A stretch of DNA of 42,132 nt from a virus, in IMG/VR virus record IMGVR_UViG_3300006886_000001; one strand, given 5' to 3'. The notes below the pieces were generated by a model that was given only the letters and a program-made list of their open reading frames with translations, was not told the origin of the DNA and did not search any database. This document shows, piece after piece, positions 8,801-17,880 of the stretch (position 1 is its first letter; every line of letters begins with the position of its first letter). Both the position numbers and the translations under genes were made by a program.

Positions 8801-9723
8801 GAATCCCCAACCCTACTCCAGTTCACGCCATCGCTAGAAATCTCGACAACCATTTTTACACTGTAGTTAGCAATGCTTCCATCATCGGCAGCATAATATA
8901 ACCCTCGATCAAACAAAAGCGTTACCGTAAGCCCTGTTACGGCATCACCACTGGTCTCAGCGACGGTGTAGTCAGTATCTATTTTTCTACCGATAGACTT
9001 GTCATAGCGCGTATTGTCGAAATTTGCGATCATGTATTGATCGTTTGTGCCCATTCTGATTTCATAAGTCACGTTGTCAAAATTTGCGATCGATTCGTCA
9101 TTGATTTTAATGTCCGAAATGCTTGTAATTTGCCCATCGTTAAGGGCATATAGACCATTAAAATACTGCTTATTGTCGATGGTTTGAATGTATTTTGAGA
9201 TCAATGGTGGGGTGATTTTATGCGTTCCGAAAACTTTAGGAACGGGGGTGCCTTGTGTAAATTTATTGTAGGACTCATCCCAAGAGTAGGTTGTAGAGCT
9301 TGAAAAGTCAGAATTGCTCAAGGAGCTTGTACTTGTGGCCGTAGGTAAAACGGCATTAACCAAAAGACTACCTGCGATTGCCACGCCTCCTGCGGCTACG
9401 GCTCCCCAAATAGACCCATACGCAGCAGTTGCCGCTCCACCTGTCCATGCGGAAGCGACCGCGACAACAAGCATCATGACCGAGCGCAATGCCTTGTTCC
9501 CCCCGCCGCTACCGCCACCTTTAGGCACAAACATAACGTTTATGACATCACCTTCTTCAATATCAAAAGGCTCATCTTGGATAATCGAGTTTTTAGCTAA
9601 AATGACCTCATACGCATCGTCGATCAGAAGGTCCTTAACGATCTGCGAGCTATGGCGCGCGGTCGACTTAATGACTTTAAGATCGTAAGGGTTAAGGATA
9701 TTGCTATGCGTTATGATTTGCAT
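5815..9723 (-). CDS. Central tail tip / host-specificity protein (lambda J-like) with an N-terminal gpI-like segment fused
   Basis: 1302 aa in the J position after the K-like gene. The first ~130 aa (..VPKGGGSGGGNKALRSVMMLVVAVASAWTGG..) look like lambda gpI, with a Gly-rich hydrophobic tail. No separate I gene is present. Confidence 0.75.
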   Translation of the reverse strand: MQIITHSNILNPYDLKVIKSTARHSSQIVKDLLIDDAYEVILAKNSIIQDEPFDIEEGDVINVMFVPKGGGSGGGNKALRSVMMLVVAVASAWTGGAATAAYGSIWGAVAAGGVAIAGSLLVNAVLPTATSTSSLSNSDFSSSTTYSWDESYNKFTQGTPVPKVFGTHKITPPLISKYIQTIDNKQYFNGLYALNDGQITSISDIKINDESIANFDNVTYEIRMGTNDQYMIANFDNTRYDKSIGRKIDTDYTVAETSGDAVTGLTVTLLFDRGLYYAADDGSIANYSVKMVVEISSDGVNWSRVGDSTDIYTPTDDYWVVYSAKSVGHFTHWWLDGNTVKSNSNYLNRNDNTLPWNVKPVTYWGYNGGGDNYLQYSLTTAPYTTITNNTTSTFRKTFSLSGLAPAKYYVRARFYEAPNSSSRYGSECYLEYITEELGDDFTYPGTALLSIRALATDQLSGSMPTISCVVSANSSNPSLVAKQMLLESGYTEARLLPSFDDWATHCTNKGYTFNGVFDTSMTLRKALDLVGTVGRASVVQFGSKFEVIMDRAEEIPVQCFTFGMGNILKDSFKQTFLPILDRANVIEVTYYDSDLDYDPTIVEVSSGNYDSVAEENRTAVTLPGCTDRSQAISYGRYQLNCNRYLTETLEIEADKDSLVCKYGSIVKTSHDTPQYGFSGRITSCTLTHVTLDREVTLESGKSYYIQISDKYNNVKDHLVTNTNNTTDTLTFTSAITDVYEQYDKYAFGEVGKASKLYRVLKISTSSDLKRKLTLLEYNEDVYNDSAIIDVPIISAFGLSNLRATDYIRYAKDGSIETVMQLAWSGSSLYYTIKYKKTTDSVYTSVKSYDNHIDLVVDDTIYDLTVQDQLGNSLSLNYTVLGKLNPPDPVTNLSYIEQQDEFKITWDYELYPIDFKSFNVYVDGVLFSSQKTTTCTIPIKDRKQNVRVYAVDTTGNKSTFTETTLDQTLIDDIEAINVLHENSAQNLYWLKITSTKTPIIYEVRKGESWDYAQVVATTSEAMLKSITSGTYMVKALYVTQAGQKLYSLNPARVIVSSNILPKNIIANFNEHETWGGIKTNSRIYDGNLTLESNVVFDDIADVDSVANIDFPYGSVYGVGYYESTNVIDIGTTQVCKVSASFDAYAENMLNIFDDIVDVDSVENIDGYTANDFIVNIQIAISQDGLIFGGWKPFVAGDYLGQSFKMRMVLIATNQNVRPIVSTFSFTVDMPDIFEQGTATTPTTITFSKPFNIAPKPYTQITISNAVTGDEVELKNETQEGFTLNVKNNGNDVIRTCNWYSSGY

Positions 9724-10078
9724 ATGTGTAAAATCCTTCCGTTATGGTCTTGTACTTAGCAATGTCATCGACGATGGCGCCCGTCTCTTTGAGCGTATGT
9801 ATAAACTTTTTATCATCGATGCAGTACCCAAAATGCGTGACGATGTTTGGGTGGTTGATGTCGTACCTTAGCGCCATCACCGCTCCTCTTTGTGGTTTAC
9901 ATGTAACCCAATTCTTAGACACCTCCAACGCAAATTTCATGAAAATTTTGTAGTTCTCATCAAACCTTATTTTTGGGTCAATAAGGTCAATGTTGTGCTG
10001 TGTCTTATAGATGTCGCGCACGAGTGCATAACAGTCCATTTGCTCAAAAGGGATTCCGATGTAGTCCGCTAGTTTCAT
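9704..10078 (-). CDS. Tail assembly protein K-like (NlpC/P60-type)
   Basis: Preferred start is ATG 10078, which forms an ATGA overlap with the stop of the L-like gene. FEQMDCYALVRDIY holds the candidate catalytic Cys, and a downstream His is present. Lambda K position. Confidence 0.6.
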   Translation of the reverse strand: MKLADYIGIPFEQMDCYALVRDIYKTQHNIDLIDPKIRFDENYKIFMKFALEVSKNWVTCKPQRGAVMALRYDINHPNIVTHFGYCIDDKKFIHTLKETGAIVDDIAKYKTITEGFYTYANHNA

Positions 10079-10695
10079 ACGCGATATCCTTGCCCTAAGC
10101 CCATAAAGCCACCAAAGCGAGAGCTGTTGCTTTTTGCTCTGCAATCGCTTAGCGTTTTGTTACATGTAAGAGCGCTACCCGTATAGCCACAACGCGCATC
10201 TTTGAACTTAAATGAGCAAAAATCTGCATACATCTTGCGTGGTGGGTAATTTTTGTTGTAAAGGGATTCTGTTCCTAGGTTGAAAGTGACTGCATTATTG
10301 GCATTGCTAAAATCTGTGAGTTGGAAATATTCAGTCAAGACTGATTCGCTAAGATCATAGGTGTTTAAAATATGTGCGACACACGTTACGCCATTACCGT
10401 CGATGCCATTTTGCTTTAAATAGGTGTCATACATAATGATGTATTGCGACATGATCCTTAAAGTGTTGTCTAGGCTTATTTGAAAACTAGGCGTCTCACC
10501 CTTGCCTGCAGTAATCTCGCCAATATCAAAAGTAAACGCGGTAAATTCATGCTCTTGGAAGGTGATATTTTCACCATTGTTCACGACATAAACGGTCGGA
10601 GTTGATGGAATGTTTACCTCTAGCGCGCAAAGAAGTACGCTATCGGTTCCTAGCGCGTTAAGGTCGGCGATGGTTGCTAGTTTAAGATTTCGCAT
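10075..10695 (-). CDS. Minor tail protein L-like
   Basis: Lambda L position. The C-terminal Cys cluster (CSFKFKDARCGYTGSALTCNKTLSDC) recalls the Fe-S cluster Cys residues of lambda gpL. Confidence 0.65.
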   Translation of the reverse strand: MRNLKLATIADLNALGTDSVLLCALEVNIPSTPTVYVVNNGENITFQEHEFTAFTFDIGEITAGKGETPSFQISLDNTLRIMSQYIIMYDTYLKQNGIDGNGVTCVAHILNTYDLSESVLTEYFQLTDFSNANNAVTFNLGTESLYNKNYPPRKMYADFCSFKFKDARCGYTGSALTCNKTLSDCRAKSNSSRFGGFMGLGQGYRV

Positions 10696-11031
10696 TTAGA
10701 CCTCGAGCAATGAGACAGAAGTTGAACATCTGCCTGCGCCTACAAGTTTAAGAGAAAGTTCGTCCATATTGAACGTAACTGTATACTCTAACCCATCGAC
10801 AATATTTACATACGTAAAGTTTTGCCCTTGGTATGTAATAAAAAAATTCTTCAAAATATGGTAATCCGTCACTAAAATATTGGTATAAACTAGTTCAAAA
10901 CTCTCTCTTTTTCGTGTATATTTTGGGCGAGACATTGTATATGCTGCTTCGCTTTGGCTACGCACTGACTCTTTGATTGTTTTGCTACTGCTATCAATCG
11001 AAATTTTAGGGGAGGATGGATAGATAGCCAT
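10696..11031 (-). CDS. Minor tail protein M-like
   Basis: 111 aa, immediately after the tape measure gene (lambda M position). Confidence 0.55.
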   Translation of the reverse strand: MAIYPSSPKISIDSSSKTIKESVRSQSEAAYTMSRPKYTRKRESFELVYTNILVTDYHILKNFFITYQGQNFTYVNIVDGLEYTVTFNMDELSLKLVGAGRCSTSVSLLEV

Positions 11032-13694
11032 TAATTCCCTCCCAATAGATCGCGTGACCCATATCGATTTTTAGAAATTCCACTGATCCATAGCTGTATT
11101 ACTTCACCCTCTGCATCCATAGTCTTTTTAGTGTTTGTAACCTCCATAGGTGTACCGCTTTGATTAATGATCTGTATTTTCATATTGCCAGTGGCTTGAG
11201 TGGTCGATATACTTCCTCCGACACTCCCCCCCTCGGCGTATCCTCTTTTTCTTGATACTTCAAGTGCTGAGACAAGAGGTTTATTTTGTTTAACCATCCA
11301 TTGGGGGATGACGTACTCACCACCATGAACAACGCCTTTGGGTTCGTATTTCCCACCGTCTCCTGTATATCCACCATCATTATAAGGGATCATCCCACCT
11401 TTATATGCTTGAAAATATGAATTTATAAGTGAGCCACTGCCATAATCGTATGAAGAAGAAGACGGAGACGACGATAGTATGTTTCCAGCAATGCCTGCAA
11501 CCCCTGAAGTTAGACTACTAACCAAAGGCTGAATAACAGCCGTTTTCATAATGGACATGTAAATATCATTTAAAATATTGTTTGCAAGGTTTCTAAAGTC
11601 CATAAAGTTGCTACTTTGAGTATCAAAAAAGCTTTCAAAACTACTATTCATGCCACTTGAAACATTGTTCATTATTTCGAGAACTTGCTCACCATAGCTC
11701 TTAGCACTTACGAGTGTTTGCTCTTGGTATAGATCCATCGCGTCTTTTAACGTTGTAATATTTTGAATACGAATTGTGGAGTATGCATTTGTTTTTGCAA
11801 GAGCTTTCTCTTCCGCTGCTATAATTTGGTCAATTTGATCTGTAGAAAAATTGTCTTTTTCAAGCTCAAGGCGTAGCTTCTCAATCTTCATCTGCGCCGC
11901 AAGAGCATAATCACCTATTGCCTCATAATAGCGCTCATTTTGATCTAGCTGTTTTGAAAGAGCCGTTCTATCATAATCATTTTTTGCAACACTATACATT
12001 TGGTCTTTTTGAGGTTGTGATAGGTTTGTTTTATCAAGTTCCTCTTTGTACCTTTGAAGCTGTATTTCCCCTGCTTTTACATCATTGCCAATCGCTTTAT
12101 AGTATTCTAAAAGAGCATCTTCTTGCTTTTTTAGACTTGCTTTCTGCCCATCTTCTTGGATGCGATCAATTGTAGTTGTAAACGCTCGTTCTAATGCCTC
12201 TCTTTGCTCTAAGGAAAGCTTATGCTCATCGAGGAATTTTTGGTACTTATAGGCTTCTTGTATAATTTCTTGATCTACTTTATCTTTAGTTGATGTTTTA
12301 CTAAGATCCGCGATATAGTCATAATAATCTTCTTGAAGTTTTTTTGCTTCCGAATTAGAAGATTTTGTTTCTTTATCAAAGTAGTCTTTTTTACTTGCTG
12401 AAATCATCTTTTTAAGCTGTTCATCGCTTAGTGTAGAATTACTACTAATAAGTTCTTGCTCTTTGATAGCCCATGCAGTTGCATAATCTCCGATAGTCTC
12501 ATAATATTTTGAGTATGCTTTTAATGCCTCATCGGTTTGTTCTTTAACTTTTGTACCGGAGAGTACCGCAGTTTTTGTTCCATCTTTTGTCTTCCATAAA
12601 ACATCAATAGCAACTTGCCCTAATTGCTCCATTTGTTGTTCAAGGCGCTTGATCTTATTTTCGTATTCCCCTGTTGTACGATCATCTAATCCAAACCATA
12701 ACCAACCATCGTCTTCTTTAAGTGCCGTTTTTAAACTTAGAATTTCATTTGCAATTTTATTTGCTTTTATCGTTATATCATCGACTGTTTTTTGCTCAAA
12801 AACACTTGATGATGCAACTCTTATACTCTCTGAGTATTGATCAACTTTACTGGATATATTAGAAATTGCAGATGCTACGGCAGAGGAAGCTCCTGTTATT
12901 TTGTCAAGAGTACCAACAAATTTTAAAGAGGAGTTTGAGGCATTTTCCATAGCTTGCCCAAAAGTAGGAGTTATTTGAGCAAATTCTTTATTGATTACAT
13001 TGGCTTGGTTCTGCAAAGCTTTAAAAACTACATCAGAGGTTAACTTTCCTTGTTCACCAAGAGTTTTAAGATCTCCAACCGCCGCACCCATCCCTTTTGC
13101 AATTGCTTCAGCAAGACGTGGAGATTGTTCTAAAACACTATTAAGCTCTTCTCCTCTTAAAGTTCCACTAGCAAATCCTTGCCCTAGTTGTATAAGTGCC
13201 GACTTTGCGCTCTCTGCGCTTGCCCCTGATATAACTAATGATTTACTAATTGTTTCTGTAACACCTAATGTTTCTGTTTGTGTCTTTCCAAGATTTTCCG
13301 TAGAGCGAGCGATGCTATAATATAAATCTGCTGTACCTTTATACCCTTGTCTGCTATTTTGTGCTATTTTAAAAAGTTCTTGCTCATTTGTTGCGAGTTC
13401 AATATTATCTGCGGATACAAGTTTTAAACGGCTACTTACAAGACTATAAGTATCTGCAAGCTCTAAACTCTCTTTAATTAATACACCAATTCCTAATGCG
13501 GCAATAGTCCCCTTAACCATTGTCAAAGGAGAAACAAGAGAATTGGCACCATCATGTAAGGCTTTAAAGGGGGAATTAATAGAAAGAGAGCTTGTAGCTT
13601 TTTTAAGTTTGTTGGTTGCAGAGGTAGCATCATCAAATCCCTTTCCATCAAGAGAGGAGTTAATAATTATGCTAATTTGTGATTCTACGCCCAT
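11031..13694 (-). CDS. Tail tape measure protein
   Basis: 887 aa, long helical and repetitive, following the G/GT chaperone pair. The start overlaps the stop of the T frame (TAATG). Confidence 0.85.
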   Translation of the reverse strand: MGVESQISIIINSSLDGKGFDDATSATNKLKKATSSLSINSPFKALHDGANSLVSPLTMVKGTIAALGIGVLIKESLELADTYSLVSSRLKLVSADNIELATNEQELFKIAQNSRQGYKGTADLYYSIARSTENLGKTQTETLGVTETISKSLVISGASAESAKSALIQLGQGFASGTLRGEELNSVLEQSPRLAEAIAKGMGAAVGDLKTLGEQGKLTSDVVFKALQNQANVINKEFAQITPTFGQAMENASNSSLKFVGTLDKITGASSAVASAISNISSKVDQYSESIRVASSSVFEQKTVDDITIKANKIANEILSLKTALKEDDGWLWFGLDDRTTGEYENKIKRLEQQMEQLGQVAIDVLWKTKDGTKTAVLSGTKVKEQTDEALKAYSKYYETIGDYATAWAIKEQELISSNSTLSDEQLKKMISASKKDYFDKETKSSNSEAKKLQEDYYDYIADLSKTSTKDKVDQEIIQEAYKYQKFLDEHKLSLEQREALERAFTTTIDRIQEDGQKASLKKQEDALLEYYKAIGNDVKAGEIQLQRYKEELDKTNLSQPQKDQMYSVAKNDYDRTALSKQLDQNERYYEAIGDYALAAQMKIEKLRLELEKDNFSTDQIDQIIAAEEKALAKTNAYSTIRIQNITTLKDAMDLYQEQTLVSAKSYGEQVLEIMNNVSSGMNSSFESFFDTQSSNFMDFRNLANNILNDIYMSIMKTAVIQPLVSSLTSGVAGIAGNILSSSPSSSSYDYGSGSLINSYFQAYKGGMIPYNDGGYTGDGGKYEPKGVVHGGEYVIPQWMVKQNKPLVSALEVSRKRGYAEGGSVGGSISTTQATGNMKIQIINQSGTPMEVTNTKKTMDAEGEVIQLWISGISKNRYGSRDLLGGN

Positions 13695-13993
13695 TATTTT
13701 CCCTTATTTGCTTTTGCCCCCATATAGCTCAAGATGTCATAGACTTCTAAAGCATCCAGCTCTGCTCTTTCACACCATAACTTCGTAATTTCAAAGTTTA
13801 TGGTGCTCCCATATTCATTTGTATTATTTGCCCTAAGAAACAAAGAACCTATAAATATCTCATACTCATCTTCCAAAATTGCGACGCCTCTCTCTTTGTA
13901 AAGGGCGAGTGTCTTTGCATCAATCCCTTCTGCGGAAGGGGGTATTTCGCCGTTCTTGGCTACTTGCTCTGCCCATCTTCCGAGGCGGGCAAC
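13694..13993 (-). CDS. T-like extension, expressed only as a -1 frameshift fusion with G
   Basis: Hand translation of the -1 frame from the slippery site (VARLGRWAEQVAKNGEIPPSAEGIDAKTLALYKERGVAILEDEYEIF...) is open. It runs in-frame into track ORF 13694..13876. Confidence 0.65.
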   Translation of the reverse strand, partial: VARLGRWAEQVAKNGEIPPSAEGIDAKTLALYKERGVAILEDEYEIFIGSLFLRANNTNEYGSTINFEITKLWCERAELDALEVYDILSYMGAKANKGK

Positions 13994-14496
13994 TTTTTTT
14001 TATTTTGCTCCGTAATACCGTCATCAATCTCTTCCCAAATGCGTTGGAAACTAATATTATGCTCTGATGCCATTTTTTTTAGCGCTTCTTTTTCTTCCCC
14101 ACCAACAACAAAATTAAACTTTTCTTTATAGATACGCTCTAAAGCATCATTTGCTTTTGTGTAATTAGGATCTTCTAAATCTAAACGTTCTAGTTTTAGT
14201 TTTCCTACTTCAATCCCTAATTTTTTGATTTCGACAAGTAAAGATAGCCTACCTTTAGGGTCAATAAGCCCAAGTATTTTTTTGTTAACTGCTAAAGTAT
14301 CTTCGGCTTCTTGTAAAGCAATTTCATTTTTTGTTTTTTTTCGCTCTTTTACTTTCTCCTCTTCAATATGCTCTTTTTGCTCTTTCGCAATCTGTTCAAG
14401 TATTTTTTTTTCATCAGGGAAAACGTCCCTAACGGTTAAATTAAAAATTGAACCATCAACGTCTACAGGTACTTTAGTGTGTATTTTAATCATCAC
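13960..14496 (-). CDS. Tail assembly chaperone G-like (zero-frame product)
   Basis: 178 aa, acidic and Lys-rich, between the major tail and tape measure genes. A slippery run lies near its 3' end. Confidence 0.7.
   Translation of the reverse strand: MMIKIHTKVPVDVDGSIFNLTVRDVFPDEKKILEQIAKEQKEHIEEEKVKERKKTKNEIALQEAEDTLAVNKKILGLIDPKGRLSLLVEIKKLGIEVGKLKLERLDLEDPNYTKANDALERIYKEKFNFVVGGEEKEALKKMASEHNISFQRIWEEIDDGITEQNKKKLPASEDGQSK
13993..13999 (-). other. Programmed -1 frameshift slippery heptamer A AAA AAG
   Basis: The plus-strand T8 run at 13994-14001 reads on the minus strand as ...AAT AAA AAA AAG TTG. This is an X XXY YYZ heptamer in the correct zero frame, 11 codons (33 nt) before the G stop codon. 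Confidence 0.65.
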
Positions 14497-14502
14497 AAAT
14501 CC

Positions 14503-15420
14503 TTAATGTGTAAAGTGGTAAAGCGTAAAGTTGTCATCGCCGTTGGTTGAAACTGCGTTGTATTCTCTGCTGATGACAAAGATGCCATCGCTGTCTTCGT
14601 AGTCAGGTTGCTTAGAGATCTTTGCTTTTGGAATGCTAAGCCTCCAAATTAAATCACCTTCGGTATCTTTTAGGTCACAGACAAATTCCATACTCACACC
14701 ACTTGCAAGTTCATCAAATCCATCGCTTCCTGCACTCTCTAGTCGTGTTTTAAGCGTCAGCTTTGGTGCGTAGTCGGAGAGGTGAAATTCTCCAACATTG
14801 GTAAACTTTTCTTGGTTGATGGTACTTCCCATGTCAAATTCAAATTCACTCATATTGATCTCAATACCATTGATGCTCATGCCACCTATTCGGCGAATCA
14901 GCATAAGTTCATCCCCTGCAACATCCGTGATGGTTTGTGCTGAAACAACTTGACCAACATAACTGCCTTGGATGCTAAAGGTAAGAGAGATTTTATCTCC
15001 GACTTTTCCACTCATCTTAAAGCTACTTTTTGCACCCTGGTATTTAAACTTACGATCAGGCATAACAATGTCAATGCTTGCTGTTTTCGTTGCGTGTGTT
15101 TCAGGCGTAAAGGCAAAACCATCATATGGTGTTGTCACGGCTGTTTTTTTAAGATTGCAGATGGCAAAAAGTGTTTCGTAATACGACAACCCTTTGTACA
15201 ATGAGGTCGTAATGTCCAGCTTACCTACCGCCCAATCTGCAATAACAACCGCATCTTGCATGCCGCCAAAAAAACTAAAGTTTGGAATATCTACCGTGTC
15301 CATCTCGGCATTTGGCATCACGGCACTCTCAATCTTTAGCACCTCACTTGGGAGTTGGTACGTACCTGCAACCGTTTCTACGGCAACACGGACACCCGCT
15401 TTTGCTAATACTCTCGCCAT
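14503..15420 (-). CDS. Major tail (tube) protein
   Basis: 305 aa in the lambda V position, immediately upstream of the chaperone pair. Confidence 0.65.
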   Translation of the reverse strand: MARVLAKAGVRVAVETVAGTYQLPSEVLKIESAVMPNAEMDTVDIPNFSFFGGMQDAVVIADWAVGKLDITTSLYKGLSYYETLFAICNLKKTAVTTPYDGFAFTPETHATKTASIDIVMPDRKFKYQGAKSSFKMSGKVGDKISLTFSIQGSYVGQVVSAQTITDVAGDELMLIRRIGGMSINGIEINMSEFEFDMGSTINQEKFTNVGEFHLSDYAPKLTLKTRLESAGSDGFDELASGVSMEFVCDLKDTEGDLIWRLSIPKAKISKQPDYEDSDGIFVISREYNAVSTNGDDNFTLYHFTH

Positions 15421-15458
15421 CTTAACCCCTTTCTTTTAGTGTTAAACTACTCATTTTT

Positions 15459-15770
15459 TTAATTTCCATTTTCGATCACCGTTTTAATCAAGAAATATTC
15501 AGTTTCTTCATCTTGCATAAAATCCATTTTTGTACCCATCCACTCCAACCGTTCATCCTGAGAGAGTTGCGCCTCAAAAAATGCGTTAACAAGGTCATTT
15601 CCCTTGGAATCGTCTTTTGTAACGCGCGCAACAAAGACAACTTCTCGTAACCCAATGTTCATTTTATTTCGCTCAGCGATGAACAGATGAGCCGCACCAT
15701 AAATAGGGCGGATGATGTCCGCCACTACCGTTCTCGCCTCTGCTTCACTGTTAAAATACATGGCGGTCAC
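15459..15770 (-). CDS. Head-tail joining / tail terminator-position protein
   Basis: 103 aa between the head genes and the major tail gene. Called by position only. Confidence 0.4.
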   Translation of the reverse strand: MTAMYFNSEAEARTVVADIIRPIYGAAHLFIAERNKMNIGLREVVFVARVTKDDSKGNDLVNAFFEAQLSQDERLEWMGTKMDFMQDEETEYFLIKTVIENGN

Positions 15771-16048
15771 AGCGTTCCCTTTCCAAGAATAACAATGCGC
15801 TCACCAAACCTAGGGGGCTTCATCGCCACAACACAATAGGTCACATCATTAACAACGATCACCGATGTTTTACTAATCGCAACCGATGCCGCGATGGAAA
15901 TGGTCGGAACCACTTCATCGTATTGCCCCCCATTTTCTTCAAAGATCCCAGCGACTTCAACACCATCGATAAAGATGCTATCGGCGACTTCATCCTTATT
16001 CATAAAGACTTTTTCAAAGTCAGCGGTTAGTTGGTCTTTGAAGCTCAT
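15767..16048 (-). CDS. Head-tail adaptor-position protein
   Basis: 93 aa, overlapping stop/start with the next gene. Called by position only. Confidence 0.4.
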   Translation of the reverse strand: MSFKDQLTADFEKVFMNKDEVADSIFIDGVEVAGIFEENGGQYDEVVPTISIAASVAISKTSVIVVNDVTYCVVAMKPPRFGERIVILGKGTL

Positions 16049-16051
16049 GGG

Positions 16052-16483
16052 TTACTCTTTATTCATCGCATCAAAGATAATTTTTCGCACTGTCTCAATG
16101 TCTGCATCATCTGGTAATTCAATGCCTTCTTCTTCTGCCAATGCTAATAACTCGTCTTTGTTCAATTCATCCACATCAATGATGTTTTCACCCTCTACAC
16201 CTTTTTCAAGCAAAGCGATTAACTCATCTTTCTTAAGCTTTTCATAGTTTTCAAACCCAAGATCAGCGCACATTTGTTTTAACTCTTTGACGTTATTTTC
16301 ACTCAGTGGCTTAGTGACCTCTTTTACATCTTCACTTGACAAAAAGGTCTCTTCTGCCGCACCATGGGTAACAAGATACTGAGCATCTTCAAGCGCAATA
16401 TCTTCACCAACAACCAAAGTCTTTTTTGGTTCATGTTTGCTACCGTTTACTTTCGCAGCGGTAATGAGTTTAATGGCTTTCAT
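16052..16483 (-). CDS. Acidic protein with two HeH / Rho-N-like motifs
   Basis: Repeated segments NVKELKQMCADLGFENYEKLKKDELIALLEK and LNKDELLALAEEEGIELPDD resemble SAP/Rho_N helix-extended-helix motifs. The gene immediately follows the capsid gene. Confidence 0.45.
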   Translation of the reverse strand: MKAIKLITAAKVNGSKHEPKKTLVVGEDIALEDAQYLVTHGAAEETFLSSEDVKEVTKPLSENNVKELKQMCADLGFENYEKLKKDELIALLEKGVEGENIIDVDELNKDELLALAEEEGIELPDDADIETVRKIIFDAMNKE

Positions 16484-17517
16484 TAGAAGACCTTCATGGA
16501 GACAATCGCATCAATTTGATGGAATGCAGGAAGTGGAGCTGATTGGACCATTAACCATGTTGCACTTGGATCTTCAACTTCCCATGTTTTTGGGAAACGA
16601 GGAATAGCCGCATAGCCAGCCTTTTTATCTTTTATAGCACCATAATGTCGTCTAGCATCGGCGTTGGTTGATGAAACGATGATCCTTCCATCTGCAAACA
16701 TCGGTTGTTCATCTCCATTAGCATCTTCATACCAATCGTCATAGCCAAAAACAGCAATAACTTTACCTGCAATGATTCGATCACCATAATAAGAAACACC
16801 CTCTCCTAAATCTTTAGGATTAATAAGCCCTGTTTCAATTCTTCTAGTGTTCAAAGAGTCTTTTACTTTTGGATGTGCGGTATAAGTTTCCATTGTGGTT
16901 GTATTACCAAACATAATATTTGCTGAGATACCAGCGTCTTTTTGAATCAATCTAATGGCATCTGCGACATCGGCATCGGGATCGCTATTTGTTTTGTCTG
17001 TCCACATGTCTGTGCTTGTAAGCGTTATTTTGTGAGTAGACTCCATTAAAAGATCAATTCTATAATTAACGCCTTCACCTACAACATCAACATACCCATT
17101 GATGAGTTGCTGCGCACCCATCCATACTTCACGGCGAACAATCATTTGTTCAAAATCATTTAACTGACCTGCTAAAAGAATTTGTTCACGCTCTACTGGT
17201 GACATTAAAGAGTAAATTGACTCCCCTGCTACTCTATTTTCAACAACACTTGAAGCGCTTAGTTCATCTTTAATCTTGATATACGCAGGCTTATAAGTGT
17301 TGGTAGAAAATCCCATTTTTTCGACGATTTTACCCTCAACTTTTGGCGATTGGAATGGAGCCATTCTTCGCTTACCTTTGATAATATCAATATCAACGGT
17401 CTCTGTGATAACTGGGTCAACTTTTGAGAAAAATGTATCTAAAAGCCAGTTACCAGTTACTTTTTCTTGGCGCATTGCCGCTGCCATGGCTCTTGTTGTG
17501 TAAATACTAATTAACAT
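16483..17517 (-). CDS. Major capsid protein (lambda gpE-like family)
   Basis: 344 aa, directly after a gpD-like decoration gene within a portal-protease-scaffold-D-E order. Confidence 0.75.
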   Translation of the reverse strand: MLISIYTTRAMAAAMRQEKVTGNWLLDTFFSKVDPVITETVDIDIIKGKRRMAPFQSPKVEGKIVEKMGFSTNTYKPAYIKIKDELSASSVVENRVAGESIYSLMSPVEREQILLAGQLNDFEQMIVRREVWMGAQQLINGYVDVVGEGVNYRIDLLMESTHKITLTSTDMWTDKTNSDPDADVADAIRLIQKDAGISANIMFGNTTTMETYTAHPKVKDSLNTRRIETGLINPKDLGEGVSYYGDRIIAGKVIAVFGYDDWYEDANGDEQPMFADGRIIVSSTNADARRHYGAIKDKKAGYAAIPRFPKTWEVEDPSATWLMVQSAPLPAFHQIDAIVSMKVF

Positions 17518-17526
17518 AGTTTCCCC

Positions 17527-17880
17527 TTACGCTTTTACAGCTGATTTGATGTAGATACCAGCATCACGAAGTGAGGCTTTTACACTACTTGCCGTATGGC
17601 CTGTTCCAAAGCTCAACGCGTTTTCGTTAAACTCACCTTTGATATACACCGCTACATTCGTAACATCTGCCGATGTTGCATCAACATCATCTGCCAAAAT
17701 GGCGTAAGGTGTTTGACTACCATCAGATGCGGCAGATGCAGAAAGAATGTATTTACCGCCTGTTGTAATTTTCCCCAAAACAGCACCTCTTTTGAGTGAT
17801 GCACCCGAAGCGATTGTGACGATGTCACATACCGTTTGTGTCGTTCCTGCGATTAAATTGTCAGGTTTAAATGTATCCAT
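17527..17880 (-). CDS. Head decoration protein (lambda gpD-like)
   Basis: 117 aa. N-terminal DNLIAG..., Ala/Gly-rich, ending in a beta-rich region. Located directly upstream of the capsid gene. Confidence 0.65.
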   Translation of the reverse strand: MDTFKPDNLIAGTTQTVCDIVTIASGASLKRGAVLGKITTGGKYILSASAASDGSQTPYAILADDVDATSADVTNVAVYIKGEFNENALSFGTGHTASSVKASLRDAGIYIKSAVKA

